A stretch of DNA of 64,000 nt from contig CAZULC010000001.1 of NCBI GenBank assembly GCA_964621165.1, forward strand, positions 109,648 to 173,647. The letters run 5' to 3'. This DNA is from an uncultured Ruminococcus sp. (GTDB taxonomy: Bacteria; Bacillota; Clostridia; Oscillospirales; CAG-272). A model generated the notes under the pieces. It did no database searches, had not been told where the DNA came from, and worked only from the letters and a program-made list of their open reading frames with translations. Position 1 is the first letter of the stretch. Each line of letters opens with the position of its first letter. Below, in pieces: positions 45,820 to 55,309 of this stretch. The translations under genes and the position numbers were made by a program.

Positions 45820-47820
45820 TCATAAATCCGCGTCTTTCATGTAGCGCCAGCCGTTTTCGGCAATGTAGGACTTGCGGCCGGATAGATTGTCGCCAAGCAT
45901 TAAGTCAAACATGCGCGCGGTTTCGTCGGCGTCTGAGGGCATTACCCGTATCAATCTGCGGCTCACCGGATTCATCGTCGTCTTCGACATCATCTCGGAC
46001 GTGTTCTCGCCAAGCCCCTTCGAACGCTGGAGCGTGTACTTCATCCCCTTCGCATCTAACCCTGTCACTACCTCGGACTTCTCAGCCTCGCTGTATACAA
46101 ATATCGTGTCCCCCTTCGACGGCGTTATCTCGTATAATGGCGACTCCGCAATGTATACCTTCCCCTCACGTAAAAGCGTCGGCAGTAACCGGTAAAATAA
46201 CGTCAATAATAACGTCCGTATCTGGAAACCGTCCTCGTCAGCGTCCGTGCAGATGATGATCTTCGCCCACTTTAACTGCGCCATGTCAAATGGTACCATG
46301 TCAGCCTTGTGCTTCGCCTGTATCTCAACCCCGCACCCTATCACTCGTAACAAATCGCATATGACGTCACTCTTGAATATCCTGTCGTACCCCGCTTTCA
46401 TGCAGTTCAATGTCTTGCCCCGTACCGGTATTATCGCCTGAAACTCAGCGTTTCTCGCAAGCTTGCACGACGTCATGGCTGAGTCCCCTTCTACAATGTA
46501 TACCTCGCGCTTAGTCGGATCCTTCGAACGGCACGACACAAACTTCTCTACCCGGTGCGATACGTCCACCGCCGAACCTAACTTCTTCTTTAAGTCAAGC
46601 CGCGTACTCTCAGCCTGCTCACGGGACCGCTTGTTCACGAGTACCTGCTGACAAAACCTGTCCCCGTCAGCCGGATTCTCCGCAAAATAATACTCCAGCT
46701 GCTGCTTCAAAAACTCGTTCATCGCCTCGGCTATAAATGAATTCGTTATCGCTTTCTTCGTCTGGTTCGCATAGGATGTCTGCGTGGAAAAACTGTTCGT
46801 CACTAAAATCAAGCAGTCCTCGATGTCCGCAAACGTAATCTTGCTCTCGTTCTTGTTGTATTTGCCCAGCGCCTTCAAACGCTTGTCCACAGCCGACACA
46901 AAGGATAACCGCACAGCCTTCTCAGGAGAACCCCCGTGTTCCAGCCAGCTTGAGTTGTGGTAGTACTCGATCACGTTCACCGTCTTCGATACCACCCACG
47001 CCACGTCCGCCTCAAGCTTGTAGTCCTTCATGTCGTCACGGTCCCGCCCCTTTGTCTCAAGATGGAACTTTGCCACCTTCGTCTCAGCCGTCTCACCCGC
47101 AAGCTCGCTGACGTAATCCACAATCCCACCAGCGTAATGGAATTCCTCCTCGTCAAAGCCCCCGTCCTCGTTCTCCCACCTGAAAACAAACTTTATCCCC
47201 GCGTTGACCACCGCCTGACGCTTTAGCATGTCGCAGTAATATTCCCGGGGTATGTCAATCTCCGTAAACACGTCCAAATCCGGCTTCCAGCGCTGTATGG
47301 TTCCCGTGCGGCGGTCCTTCTTCGGCAGAGCCTTGACTTTAAGTTCTCCCACAGCCTCGCCCTTTTTGAACGACATCTCGGACACGTTAACCCCGTCGTA
47401 GGACTTCACCCAGAAATACTCGCTGGAATACTGAGTAGCGCAGGCACCCAGTCCGTTCAGACCCAGCGAATACTCGTAAGCCCCGCCGTCGTTGTTGTCG
47501 TACTTTCCACCGGCGTACAGCTCGCAGTAAATGAGGTCCCAGTTCCATCTCTGCTCCCCCTCGTTCCATCCCAGCGGCACCCCTCGCCCGAAGTCTTCTA
47601 CCTGAATGGACTTATCCCTATAAGCCGTAATAACAATGTTGTCGCCAAATCCTTCCTTGGCCTCGTCTACGGAATTTGACAAAATCTCGAACACCGAATG
47701 CTCGCACCCCTCCAGTCCGTCCGACCCAAAAATGACCGCCGGCCTTTTCCGAACCCTATCCGCCCCCTTAAGCGACGTAATAGACTGATTAGTATAACTA
47801 TTCTGTTGTTGTTTCTTCAT
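45820..47820 (-). CDS. Type IIA topoisomerase B subunit (ParE/GyrB-like)
   Basis: Start MKKQQQNSYTNQSITSLKGADRVRKRPAVIFGS... GHKL ATPase and Toprim (EGDSA) regions. The 34-codon upstream extension in the ORF track is repeat-derived. Confidence 0.8.
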   Translation of the reverse strand: MKKQQQNSYTNQSITSLKGADRVRKRPAVIFGSDGLEGCEHSVFEILSNSVDEAKEGFGDNIVITAYRDKSIQVEDFGRGVPLGWNEGEQRWNWDLIYCELYAGGKYDNNDGGAYEYSLGLNGLGACATQYSSEYFWVKSYDGVNVSEMSFKKGEAVGELKVKALPKKDRRTGTIQRWKPDLDVFTEIDIPREYYCDMLKRQAVVNAGIKFVFRWENEDGGFDEEEFHYAGGIVDYVSELAGETAETKVAKFHLETKGRDRDDMKDYKLEADVAWVVSKTVNVIEYYHNSSWLEHGGSPEKAVRLSFVSAVDKRLKALGKYNKNESKITFADIEDCLILVTNSFSTQTSYANQTKKAITNSFIAEAMNEFLKQQLEYYFAENPADGDRFCQQVLVNKRSREQAESTRLDLKKKLGSAVDVSHRVEKFVSCRSKDPTKREVYIVEGDSAMTSCKLARNAEFQAIIPVRGKTLNCMKAGYDRIFKSDVICDLLRVIGCGVEIQAKHKADMVPFDMAQLKWAKIIICTDADEDGFQIRTLLLTLFYRLLPTLLREGKVYIAESPLYEITPSKGDTIFVYSEAEKSEVVTGLDAKGMKYTLQRSKGLGENTSEMMSKTTMNPVSRRLIRVMPSDADETARMFDLMLGDNLSGRKSYIAENGWRYMKDADL

Positions 47821-47849
47821 TAAAATACCTGCTATAATGTAATATAAAG

Positions 47850-47995
47850 TTGAGTGAGTCCCTCTGGTGGAGTGGATGCGGGAGGGACGAGGGAGACGCG
47901 CTTCCTGAAAGAAGCTGTGCAAGAACTTTAAAACTGGGTCATAATGACGTTCAGTCGACAGCAGTTATATCACCGCGAGCAAAGTGCTAACAGTG
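47850..47995 (-). repeat. F2 repeat, copy E (inverted orientation; M1 + M5 only)
   Basis: Reverse complement reads CACTGTTAGCACTTTGCTCGCGGTGATATAACTGCTGTCGA..GACCCAGTTTTAAAGTTCTTGCACAGCTTCTTTCAGGAAGCGCGTCTCC. Confidence 0.85.
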
Positions 47996-48276
47996 TAGAA
48001 AATCAAGACGGTACCTGAACCAAACAATCACGTGCAGAACAGTTGAGAACATCAAAACATACGCCACTCCAACAATCCCGCAGTGATAACGTCCACTCTA
48101 CAGCCATATCATCCCCCGCGAACAAGCCATCCACACCATATGCGTCAGCCCATAGAAGGACATTTGTCCAAAAAACTGATGTATACTTATAATGTTTTCG
48201 ATATATCACCCAATTTTTCAGCCAAACCAAACTATTTCACAATACTAAATCAAGCACCCTCTCCACGTCCTGCTTT

Positions 48277-48605
48277 TCTCCACCCCCCCAGCACTAACGC
48301 TTGCGCTGATATAACTGCTGTAGTATACACGTGATCACTGCCCCATCCCGCAATCTGTTCACGGCGTGGGCAGACAGGGGTCGGAAGCTGTGCATCGGAG
48401 ATAGAAAGCCATCTCCAACAAGACGGTCCCTGACTGCCGTATTATATTCCTCCTGATCCCTTGGTATTCAAGATTTCATAGTCACGGACTTTTCACTGCT
48501 CAGCTACAGAACCGCACCCGCTCCCCTACTCAGCTTCAACTAACTGCAGCATCTTTTAAAAGTTCTTGCACAGCTTCTTTCAAGAAGCGCGTCTCCCCTC
48601 CCTAA
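48277..48605 (+). repeat. F2 repeat, copy F (full M1-M5)
   Basis: CTCCACCCCCCCAGCACTAACGCTTGCGCTGATATAACTGCTGTAG...GGAGATAGAAAGCCATCTCC...TTTTAAAAGTTCTTGCACAGCTTCTTTCAAGAAGCGCG. Confidence 0.9.
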
Positions 48606-48635
48606 CCCCTTGAACTGGCTCCAATCCCCAAGGCT

Positions 48636-49337
48636 TCACCGGCTGGGGATAATAGGCATACCGCCGTTTACGTTCGTTATTTCAGCTACAAGAAGGGCGG
48701 CTTTCGCACTCATCTGCTGAACTAACATGGGACAGTTTTTCTTGAATTCGTCAGCCACATCAATGGTGCGCCAGTCGATTTCGTTTTTCGTGCCGGGATT
48801 GAAGACAAGCATTACCGCAAAGGAAACCGATAATACAAAGGGTCCTTCCGGATCAAAACGGAGAGTGCGGTTGTAGGTCACTTTCACTCCTGCCTGAGGT
48901 ATAACCTGAGCTACAATCGTGTCTTTCACACCAAGCTTGAACTGACCCTGACCCTGCGCCGGACGAGTGGTCTCGTAACTCACGTTCTCAAGCATGATCC
49001 TCCGCTCAGCCAAAAAGTACCGGTTGAACTCAAACCCCTCGGGAGTAACATACTTCGGCCGTTTTAACTGTATCTCGCCCCCCTGTCCAGCCTGACTTCC
49101 CTGTCCGACGGAAGCTTCACCTGAATCGCCGGAATCACCAGCACCGGCCGCACCGCTTTCTCCTTCTGTCGGAATAAAATGCTCGCCTGATGACTCCTTT
49201 GAATCCTTCGACTCCTTTGCTCCCTCTTCCATAGCCGCAGAAGCCGAAGAAGCCGCTGAGCCGGTCACTTTTTCATTCTCTTCCCTCTTGTCGTTCTTCT
49301 CGTTCTTGTCACTGCTTTTCTTTCCAAATAATGGCAT
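48636..49337 (-). CDS. Hypothetical protein: low-complexity N-terminal half and a structured C-terminal ~140 aa (weak SecB-like resemblance)
   Basis: 233 aa. N-terminal K/E/S/G-rich region. The C-terminal ..FEFNRYFLAERRIMLENVSYE..FAVMLVF..NCPMLVQQMSAKAALLVAEIT.. is only impressionistically SecB-like. Confidence 0.35.
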   Translation of the reverse strand: MPLFGKKSSDKNEKNDKREENEKVTGSAASSASAAMEEGAKESKDSKESSGEHFIPTEGESGAAGAGDSGDSGEASVGQGSQAGQGGEIQLKRPKYVTPEGFEFNRYFLAERRIMLENVSYETTRPAQGQGQFKLGVKDTIVAQVIPQAGVKVTYNRTLRFDPEGPFVLSVSFAVMLVFNPGTKNEIDWRTIDVADEFKKNCPMLVQQMSAKAALLVAEITNVNGGMPIIPSR

Positions 49338-49431
49338 TTTTTCAAACCTGAACCTTTCAAATCAATTTTTCTGAATCTTTTTCTCCATTAATATAATAAT
49401 AACGCAAAGCCAAACCCCGCCGAAGCAGGCC

Positions 49432-51120
49432 TCAGCCCATCACCTTGAATACGCTCCACCCGTTTTCTTCCCGGTAGGCACATACCAAACCGCCGGAGCA
49501 GGTCTGAATCCGGTCGTAGGTGAACGGAAGCACTATCCCGCCGTTCCGGTCAATCAAGCCGTATCGCATGCCGCTTCCGTCATCAAATCCGGCAACGGAT
49601 AAACCGCCCACATATGGACTGATTGAATCAAATATGGGCTGGACAATCCAGCTTCCCTCAACCGTCATGACGCCATACTTGCCGCCGTAGCCCGAACCCT
49701 TCAGTATAATGCAGCCCTCGGAATACCCCTCAAGCTCATACCCCGCAGGAAGAGAATACTCCGTGCCGTCAGTGCGCAATAAAACATCCTCCTCGCTGTC
49801 AACAGTGACGATGCGCCGCACTGTATAGTTGTAGTAGTCAATCACCTGCCGCCGTACCCGAAGCAAACCATTATCGTAGTATAAATGTCCCATGCTCTCA
49901 ATTCCCGTGGTAATCGGAGGCATGTAGTATACTGTCTCGTACCGCCCGTGCTCGTTCATGTAAGTCTCGGTAGTGGAAAAAGCCTCACGCCCGTTTTCGT
50001 CGATAATAATAAGCTCTCCCCGACCGCTGGCCGATACAGCAACACCACGGTTTTCACGGAAGGCATAGGCATGGGCATACTTAACCTCTGTCAGCTTCCC
50101 AGTAGGAGTCACATACCCGAATAAAATCTCCTCCGACAAAGACGCGTTTGCAGAGACAGGATCCGAATCGTCAGTCCCGTCCCCATCTTTTTCATCCGAT
50201 TCCGGTAAATTTGAAACCACCTTCACCGATGTTGAGTCGGAGTCAAACCAACCCTCGGGATAGTCAAAGCTCAGGCCCACGTAATCCACGTCCGGATTGT
50301 AGTCCGACTGAATGAACTTCTTCCCGTCCTCGGAGAGCGCATAGTACCGCGTAACTCCGTCAACCTCACGGGAAAATAAAGGCCGCCCCTCGCTGTCACG
50401 AGCATAAGCCGCCGCATACCGCCCGTACTCGAATCGGGACAGAGGCACACCATCGCCGGAGACAATAATCACGTCATCTCCGCTGTCAACCAAAATATAC
50501 CCCATGTAAAGTTCCACTGCAGGCCTGTATTCAGCCGTGTCCTTCACATAAAGATATGGATCCCCGTCATCTTCCGGAGTTATCACAATCTGCTGTTTGT
50601 ATATACGACGGCTGTAGTGGGCACTTTCCGGAAGCTTGAATGAAAATACCATTTTGCCAAGAGCTGACTCGTCCCCGTACTCGCCGACATAATCGAAGCC
50701 CTCACTCAAAAGCTCACTGCACAAAGGAATCTCAGACAACTCGTCAGGCAGACGGGACACGTCATATACCCGCCGCAGATTAACAATAACCTCGCCCGCG
50801 TCCCCTTCCCCATCGGATGAACCGGAACCTGAGCCGGAGCCGGATAGATCTTCCACCGCAGCATAATCAGCAGCGCCATCCTCGTCTCCGTATAGGGAGT
50901 TTTCGGGAATGGACGGCATGTCCGACGAAAAATCATCCTCAGCCCTGACGGAAACCGGTGACGGCTGATAGTCCGAACCAAAAAGCTCGGACCGGTCAAT
51001 GAACGAGATGTCGTAGTACCCGAGGAGATACCCCATGACAAGAGCCGCCGCACCGAAAACCAGACCGGCCTGCCCCAAATGAATAACCCCCCGCTTTAAA
51101 TTCTGCTTGTAATTCTTCAT
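49432..51120 (-). CDS. Membrane-anchored WG-repeat (KWG-like) protein
   Basis: Start MKNYKQNLKRG.. at 51120, followed by a TM segment. C-terminal repeats such as YGLIDRNGGIVLPFTYDRI and GWSVFKV. The ORF-track N-terminal extension runs into the F3 array. Confidence 0.6.
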   Translation of the reverse strand: MKNYKQNLKRGVIHLGQAGLVFGAAALVMGYLLGYYDISFIDRSELFGSDYQPSPVSVRAEDDFSSDMPSIPENSLYGDEDGAADYAAVEDLSGSGSGSGSSDGEGDAGEVIVNLRRVYDVSRLPDELSEIPLCSELLSEGFDYVGEYGDESALGKMVFSFKLPESAHYSRRIYKQQIVITPEDDGDPYLYVKDTAEYRPAVELYMGYILVDSGDDVIIVSGDGVPLSRFEYGRYAAAYARDSEGRPLFSREVDGVTRYYALSEDGKKFIQSDYNPDVDYVGLSFDYPEGWFDSDSTSVKVVSNLPESDEKDGDGTDDSDPVSANASLSEEILFGYVTPTGKLTEVKYAHAYAFRENRGVAVSASGRGELIIIDENGREAFSTTETYMNEHGRYETVYYMPPITTGIESMGHLYYDNGLLRVRRQVIDYYNYTVRRIVTVDSEEDVLLRTDGTEYSLPAGYELEGYSEGCIILKGSGYGGKYGVMTVEGSWIVQPIFDSISPYVGGLSVAGFDDGSGMRYGLIDRNGGIVLPFTYDRIQTCSGGLVCAYREENGWSVFKVMG

Positions 51121-51233
51121 TATAAAATAAAATCCCTGATAAAAATACATCCGAGCCAAATTCGCCCAGAATACCCGCCCGGGTAAAAATCCGCCCCAAT
51201 CCAACCCCAAAATAAATCCCGCACAAAAGCCAA

Positions 51234-51465
51234 CCCCACCCCACTGCGGGAGCAAAAGAATCGTCACCGTGGGACCGCTCCCCTACTCAGCTCAATAAAT
51301 GCCGAACTTGCCCGTGGGGGCTTCCCCACCCCACTGCGGGAGCAAAAGAATCGTCACCGCGGGACCGCTCTCCTACTCAGCTCAAGAAATGCCGAGCTTG
51401 CCCGTGGGGGCTTCCCCACCCCACTGCGGGAGCAAAAGAATCGTCACCGTGGGACCGCTCTCCTG
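51234..51465 (-). repeat. F3 repeat, locus c: tandem array, 90-bp period, about 2.6 units
   Basis: CCCCACCCCACTGCGGGAGCAAAAGAATCGTCACCGTGGGACCGCTC..CTACTCAGCTCAA.AAATGCCGA.CTTGCCCGTGGGGGCTT starts at 51234, 51324 and 51414. Confidence 0.95.
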
Positions 51466-51499
51466 TTAAGTAAACGCTGATTTAAGGTTAAAATCGCCT

Positions 51500-51538
51500 A
51501 AAATCGCCATATATTCGAGCATTTTCGGCGATTTTTTC
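51500..51538. terminator. Hairpin with flanking T/A runs downstream of rlmH (possible terminator), nested inside a 15-bp inverted repeat
   Basis: AAAATCGCC (51500-51508) pairs with GGCGATTTT (51527-51535). The loop is 18 nt. The outer inverted repeat is at 51466-51480 / 51546-51560. Confidence 0.35.
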
Positions 51539-51620
51539 AAGTTATTCAGCGTTAACTTAAGCTTAAGAAGAGCCGTATAAGCAGAACAGCTTGTCTGTCC
51601 ATCGGTGCTGCCGACCCCCG

Positions 51621-52103
51621 CTACTTGTGATACTTGCTTCCGGCGGCGATTTCTCCGGCACGGTATAGCTGCTCAAGAAACATCACTCGGAATAACTCGT
51701 GGGGGAACGTCATACGCGAGACCGAAACCAACGCGTCCGCACTCGACTTCACTCCCGCAGATAAACCGTAGGACGAACCTATGATAACCGCAAGCTCCCC
51801 AGGACTTTCACGGTAACGCTCAAGCATCGACGCAAATTCATCCGACGAATACTCCCGCCCCTCAACTGCACATACAATAACTGCCGCACGGGAGGGAACC
51901 TCACCCAGTATCCGCTTCTCCTCAGCTGACAGCGCCCTCTCAATCTCACCCGACGAAGGCGCGGACGAAAGCCTCTCAGGCTTCACTTCAGCCACGGAAA
52001 CCTCGTAGAACCGCTCCATCCGCTTTAAGTATTCCCCCGCCGCCTCACGGTAAAACCCCTCAGTAAGCTTCCCCACAGCTATAATCTTTAACCTGAACAT
52101 CAC
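51621..52103 (-). CDS. rlmH: 23S rRNA (pseudouridine1915-N3)-methyltransferase RlmH
   Basis: 160 aa SPOUT fold: KIIAVGKL..YLKR.., ..IGSSYGLS..MTFPHELFRVMFLEQLYRA. Confidence 0.85.
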   Translation of the reverse strand: MMFRLKIIAVGKLTEGFYREAAGEYLKRMERFYEVSVAEVKPERLSSAPSSGEIERALSAEEKRILGEVPSRAAVIVCAVEGREYSSDEFASMLERYRESPGELAVIIGSSYGLSAGVKSSADALVSVSRMTFPHELFRVMFLEQLYRAGEIAAGSKYHK

Positions 52104-52531
52104 TCGATAAACGTAAGCTCAATGTAACTGATTATAAGCGTCACCACCATTGGCAGTATCACGTAAATCAGCCGCCGCGCTTTTTCCTTGTTCTCATGCT
52201 GAACAGCCAGAAACTCCATCTTCTTCGCGTCGGACCACTTCTCCGGCAATTCGTCCAGTACCTTCTCAGCACGGTCAAAGGTGAACCCGTTCAGTATGAA
52301 GAACGCCACAAAACACCCCGCTCCAAATAACATGTAGAGCAGCGTTCCCGCATAGTAAATCCAGACCATGCCCGTCCTCTCAGCCAGCGTGATAATCAGC
52401 CGCAGCAGTACATATAACAGCACAAAATTGATGAATAAAATCCCCGCCTTGCGCCAGACCACTGACTGCTGATTCCCGCTCCCGCCTGAGGACACGGACA
52501 AACTCTCGCTCTTCTTCTTTTTCTTCTTCAT
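52100..52531 (-). CDS. Small membrane protein (hypothetical)
   Basis: Start MKKKKKKSE.., with 3-4 hydrophobic segments. Stop overlaps the rlmH start. Confidence 0.45.
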   Translation of the reverse strand: MKKKKKKSESLSVSSGGSGNQQSVVWRKAGILFINFVLLYVLLRLIITLAERTGMVWIYYAGTLLYMLFGAGCFVAFFILNGFTFDRAEKVLDELPEKWSDAKKMEFLAVQHENKEKARRLIYVILPMVVTLIISYIELTFIE

Positions 52532-52654
52532 AATAAGCCCCCGCACTCGTACATCATATAATATAACGGGACTCCGACACAGCCGAACCGGCAAACCCGG
52601 CCCCATAAGCCTCAACGGCGGCTCATCGGATAAAATCAAAGCCCCGCCCAAATA

Positions 52655-53956
52655 TTACTTTATCTCGCAGGCTCCAGCAGGACGAACGCTGAGCACATGA
52701 CAGCTTCCCTCTCCGAAAATGTAGTTCATGTGAGCGGCGTACTCGTCGACGGAATCAAGAGGTATGAACGCCTGAATCGTACCCGCAAATCCGCCGCCGT
52801 GAACCCGGCACGCACCCGGTCTGCACTTCAAAAACTCCTCGGTTATGCACAGCGCCAGAGAAAGTCCCTGCTCGCGCACATTCTTCACCGTGTAAACGTT
52901 CTGTAAATACTTGAAGGAAGAGTTTCCCGAAGCCCATACGCCGTTGAGGAACCCGTCAGCGTCACCGGACTTCAACGCGGCCACCTGAGCCTCAACCCTC
53001 TCGTTCTCGCTGAAAAAGTGATATGCCCGCATGATTGCACGGTCCCCAAGTTCCTCGCGTACGCCCTTCTTCGTGGCAATAAGCTCGTTCAAGGCCTCAC
53101 GGGTCGTCTCCCGAAGCACATTCACACCTAAAGCATGGGCCACAGCCTTCATTTCAGCCGGAACGGAAGCATAATCCTCGTTCAGATCCGCATGATTTCC
53201 GCCGGTGTTTACAATGCATAAAGCATAACCCGCGCTGGTCAAATCAAAGTCCATCTTCTCGATTATTGGACTCGTGGGATCCGCAAAATCAATGGTAATG
53301 AATCCGCCAACCGCACAGGCCGTCTGGTCCATAAGTCCGCTGGGCTTGCCGAAATAAACGTTCTCCGCAAACTGAGCCATCTTCGCAATCTCAACGTTCG
53401 ATATCTCACCGCCGTTGAAAAGATGATTCATTATGTTGCCCACCATTACCTCAAACGCTGCGGAGGAAGAAACTCCCGAGCCTTTCAGGACGTTTGACGT
53501 GGTGTAGGCCTCAAATCCGCCCACCTTGTACCCCGCGTTCAGGAAAGCCTTCTCCATTCCCGCAATAATGGCCGCCGAGGCAAAATACCGTGACTCGTCC
53601 GGGGACTCAATCCACTCAGCTGGAACAACGTCCTCCGGGAACCCCTCGCTCTTTATGCGAACTTCCCCGCCGTCCACAGGCTTAGCGACCGCAAATACGT
53701 CAAGATTCACCGCCGCCGCGATAACACAGCCATGGTTGTGGTCAGTGTGGTTGCCGCTGATCTCGCTTCTTCCGCCAACGGAGAAAATGCGGACGTCCCC
53801 ACCGCCGTAAATTTCATCAAAGGAATCAATGGCGCGGGCATACCTCTCCCGCTCAGCCGTGATCCGCACTTCCGGAACAGCCAAAGAATTGAGCATAACC
53901 GAGTCAAACCGACCGGCCAGTACAGCGGATTTCATTTCACTTGTTTTCATAAGCAA
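52655..53956 (-). CDS. galK: Galactokinase-family GHMP kinase
   Basis: GGRSEISGNHTDHNHG (galactokinase signature variant) and GSGVSSSAAFEV (GHMP ATP motif). Confidence 0.7.
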   Translation of the reverse strand: MLMKTSEMKSAVLAGRFDSVMLNSLAVPEVRITAERERYARAIDSFDEIYGGGDVRIFSVGGRSEISGNHTDHNHGCVIAAAVNLDVFAVAKPVDGGEVRIKSEGFPEDVVPAEWIESPDESRYFASAAIIAGMEKAFLNAGYKVGGFEAYTTSNVLKGSGVSSSAAFEVMVGNIMNHLFNGGEISNVEIAKMAQFAENVYFGKPSGLMDQTACAVGGFITIDFADPTSPIIEKMDFDLTSAGYALCIVNTGGNHADLNEDYASVPAEMKAVAHALGVNVLRETTREALNELIATKKGVREELGDRAIMRAYHFFSENERVEAQVAALKSGDADGFLNGVWASGNSSFKYLQNVYTVKNVREQGLSLALCITEEFLKCRPGACRVHGGGFAGTIQAFIPLDSVDEYAAHMNYIFGEGSCHVLSVRPAGACEIK

Positions 53957-54169
53957 TACCTCTCAAAATGTATTAAAATTGTAACGCCGCCCTGCCTCCT
54001 GAGCAAAGCCGCCGAATATTAAACTCCATTCTATATTATACTATGATTTCAAGGATATTTCAATAAACTTTCATAAATAAAAAGTTAAATCATATTTTTT
54101 CCCGTCAGACCCCGCACTTCTTTTAAGAAAGCCGCAATCCCGCCCGAGGGAAACCCCCTGCTCCACACT

Positions 54170-55045
54170 TCAGCCCCCGCTCTTTCTCAACCTCTTTCCC
54201 AGAGCCGTAATCCCCAGCCCAACCACAAACACCCCCGCCGAACATAAACCAATAATCCACCCGCCGCGCCGGATAAAATCAAGAAACGGTAAAAGTATCA
54301 GCTCCACTGTGGACTTCGCAAGCCCCATGTCTGCCGCAAAGTACCCCAAATTCCACCGAATCAGAAAATCCCCGACGATAAAAACAATCCCGCCCGATAT
54401 CCCAGCCGTCCCAAGAAGCATGCACAGCCAGCCAAAACGAAGCCGCAGCACCAAAAATAATACCAAAGCCAGCCCCAAAACAGCCGAAGCCGCCAAAGCC
54501 AGCGTTCCGCCGGATAAAATAATCCTCAGCGGCTCAAAAATATGGGCAATCCGCGCGTTGTCAATGGATTCCAATACCCCGGAAATGGGTGAAGCAAATA
54601 ACCCCCGCACGTCCCCCCAGTAGGCAAAGTACTCGTATAAATCCCGACTCATCCCGTCGACTATAATGTCCGCCAAAGCATATGCGTCCCAGACAGGGAC
54701 CGCGCCGCCGTCAAATAACCACCCCCGCCAGTCCTCCAGCATGACAGCAAGCACGTCGTCAATGGAATACATGCGCACCAAATTGTCAATGTTGCTCCTG
54801 TCAATGATAACCCCCTCCAGAGCCAGACCCTCCTCCGCCATCTCAGCCAATGACACAGTCCGCCCGCTCCCGTCAATAAACTCAATCTCCCCAAAATCAA
54901 CCCGCTCCAAAACACCGGAAATAAACTCCGACGAATAAACCTCGCGAATGGAATACCCCGCAAAAACATAAACCATACCCAGACAAATCCCCAAACAGAG
55001 AATAAAGGAAATGATCCCGCAGATAACCTTACCAACAATTTTCAT
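54170..55045 (-). CDS. Hypothetical polytopic membrane protein
   Basis: 291 aa, with an N-terminal TM and C-terminal multi-TM region. No recognisable motif. Confidence 0.4.
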   Translation of the reverse strand: MKIVGKVICGIISFILCLGICLGMVYVFAGYSIREVYSSEFISGVLERVDFGEIEFIDGSGRTVSLAEMAEEGLALEGVIIDRSNIDNLVRMYSIDDVLAVMLEDWRGWLFDGGAVPVWDAYALADIIVDGMSRDLYEYFAYWGDVRGLFASPISGVLESIDNARIAHIFEPLRIILSGGTLALAASAVLGLALVLFLVLRLRFGWLCMLLGTAGISGGIVFIVGDFLIRWNLGYFAADMGLAKSTVELILLPFLDFIRRGGWIIGLCSAGVFVVGLGITALGKRLRKSGG

Positions 55046-55145
55046 AAAAAATATCTCTTAAAAATAAATCATATACCCCATTATATCAAATTTCCCCGCC
55101 CCTGTCAATTTTTTTCCAATAAATATACCAATTTTATAGATTTTA

Positions 55146-55154
55146 TGTTATAAT
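55146..55154 (+). promoter_or_regulatory. Extended -10 element (TGtTATAAT) upstream of F3-d / dapF
   Basis: TGTTATAAT at 55146-55154. No good -35. Confidence 0.3.
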
Positions 55155-55162
55155 AATGCGTA

Positions 55163-55280
55163 GGCTTTCCCACCACTGCGGGAACTGTAGTGTAGACTGG
55201 TTAACAATCTCCGGTCATCGTGGGATCTCCTCCTAATCAGCTGAAAAAACGCCGTATATGCCCGCGGGGGCTTCCCCGCC
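55163..55280 (-). repeat. F3 repeat, copy d (inverted orientation)
   Basis: Reverse complement reads GGGGAAGCCCCCGCGGGCATATACGGCG..TCAGCTGATTAGGAGGAGATCCCACGATG...GTTCCCGCAGTGGTGGG. Confidence 0.85.
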
Positions 55281-55309
55281 AAAATCCACACTTATCGAAA
55301 GGCAACACC

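Noticed and set aside
47821-47922. N-terminal extensions MHSFFQEA.. on the parE-like gene and on dapL (56348-56452)
   Set aside because: Both arise from reading through the F2 M5 module (TTGCACAGCTTCTTTCAAGAAGCG). Good RBS-ATG pairs with family-typical N-termini lie downstream (47820 and 56453).
51234-51465. Possible CRISPR array (regularly spaced GC-rich repeats)
   Set aside because: The 90-bp units are contiguous and near-identical over their whole length. There are no unique spacers, no cas genes and no leader. It is a tandem array of the dispersed F3 element.
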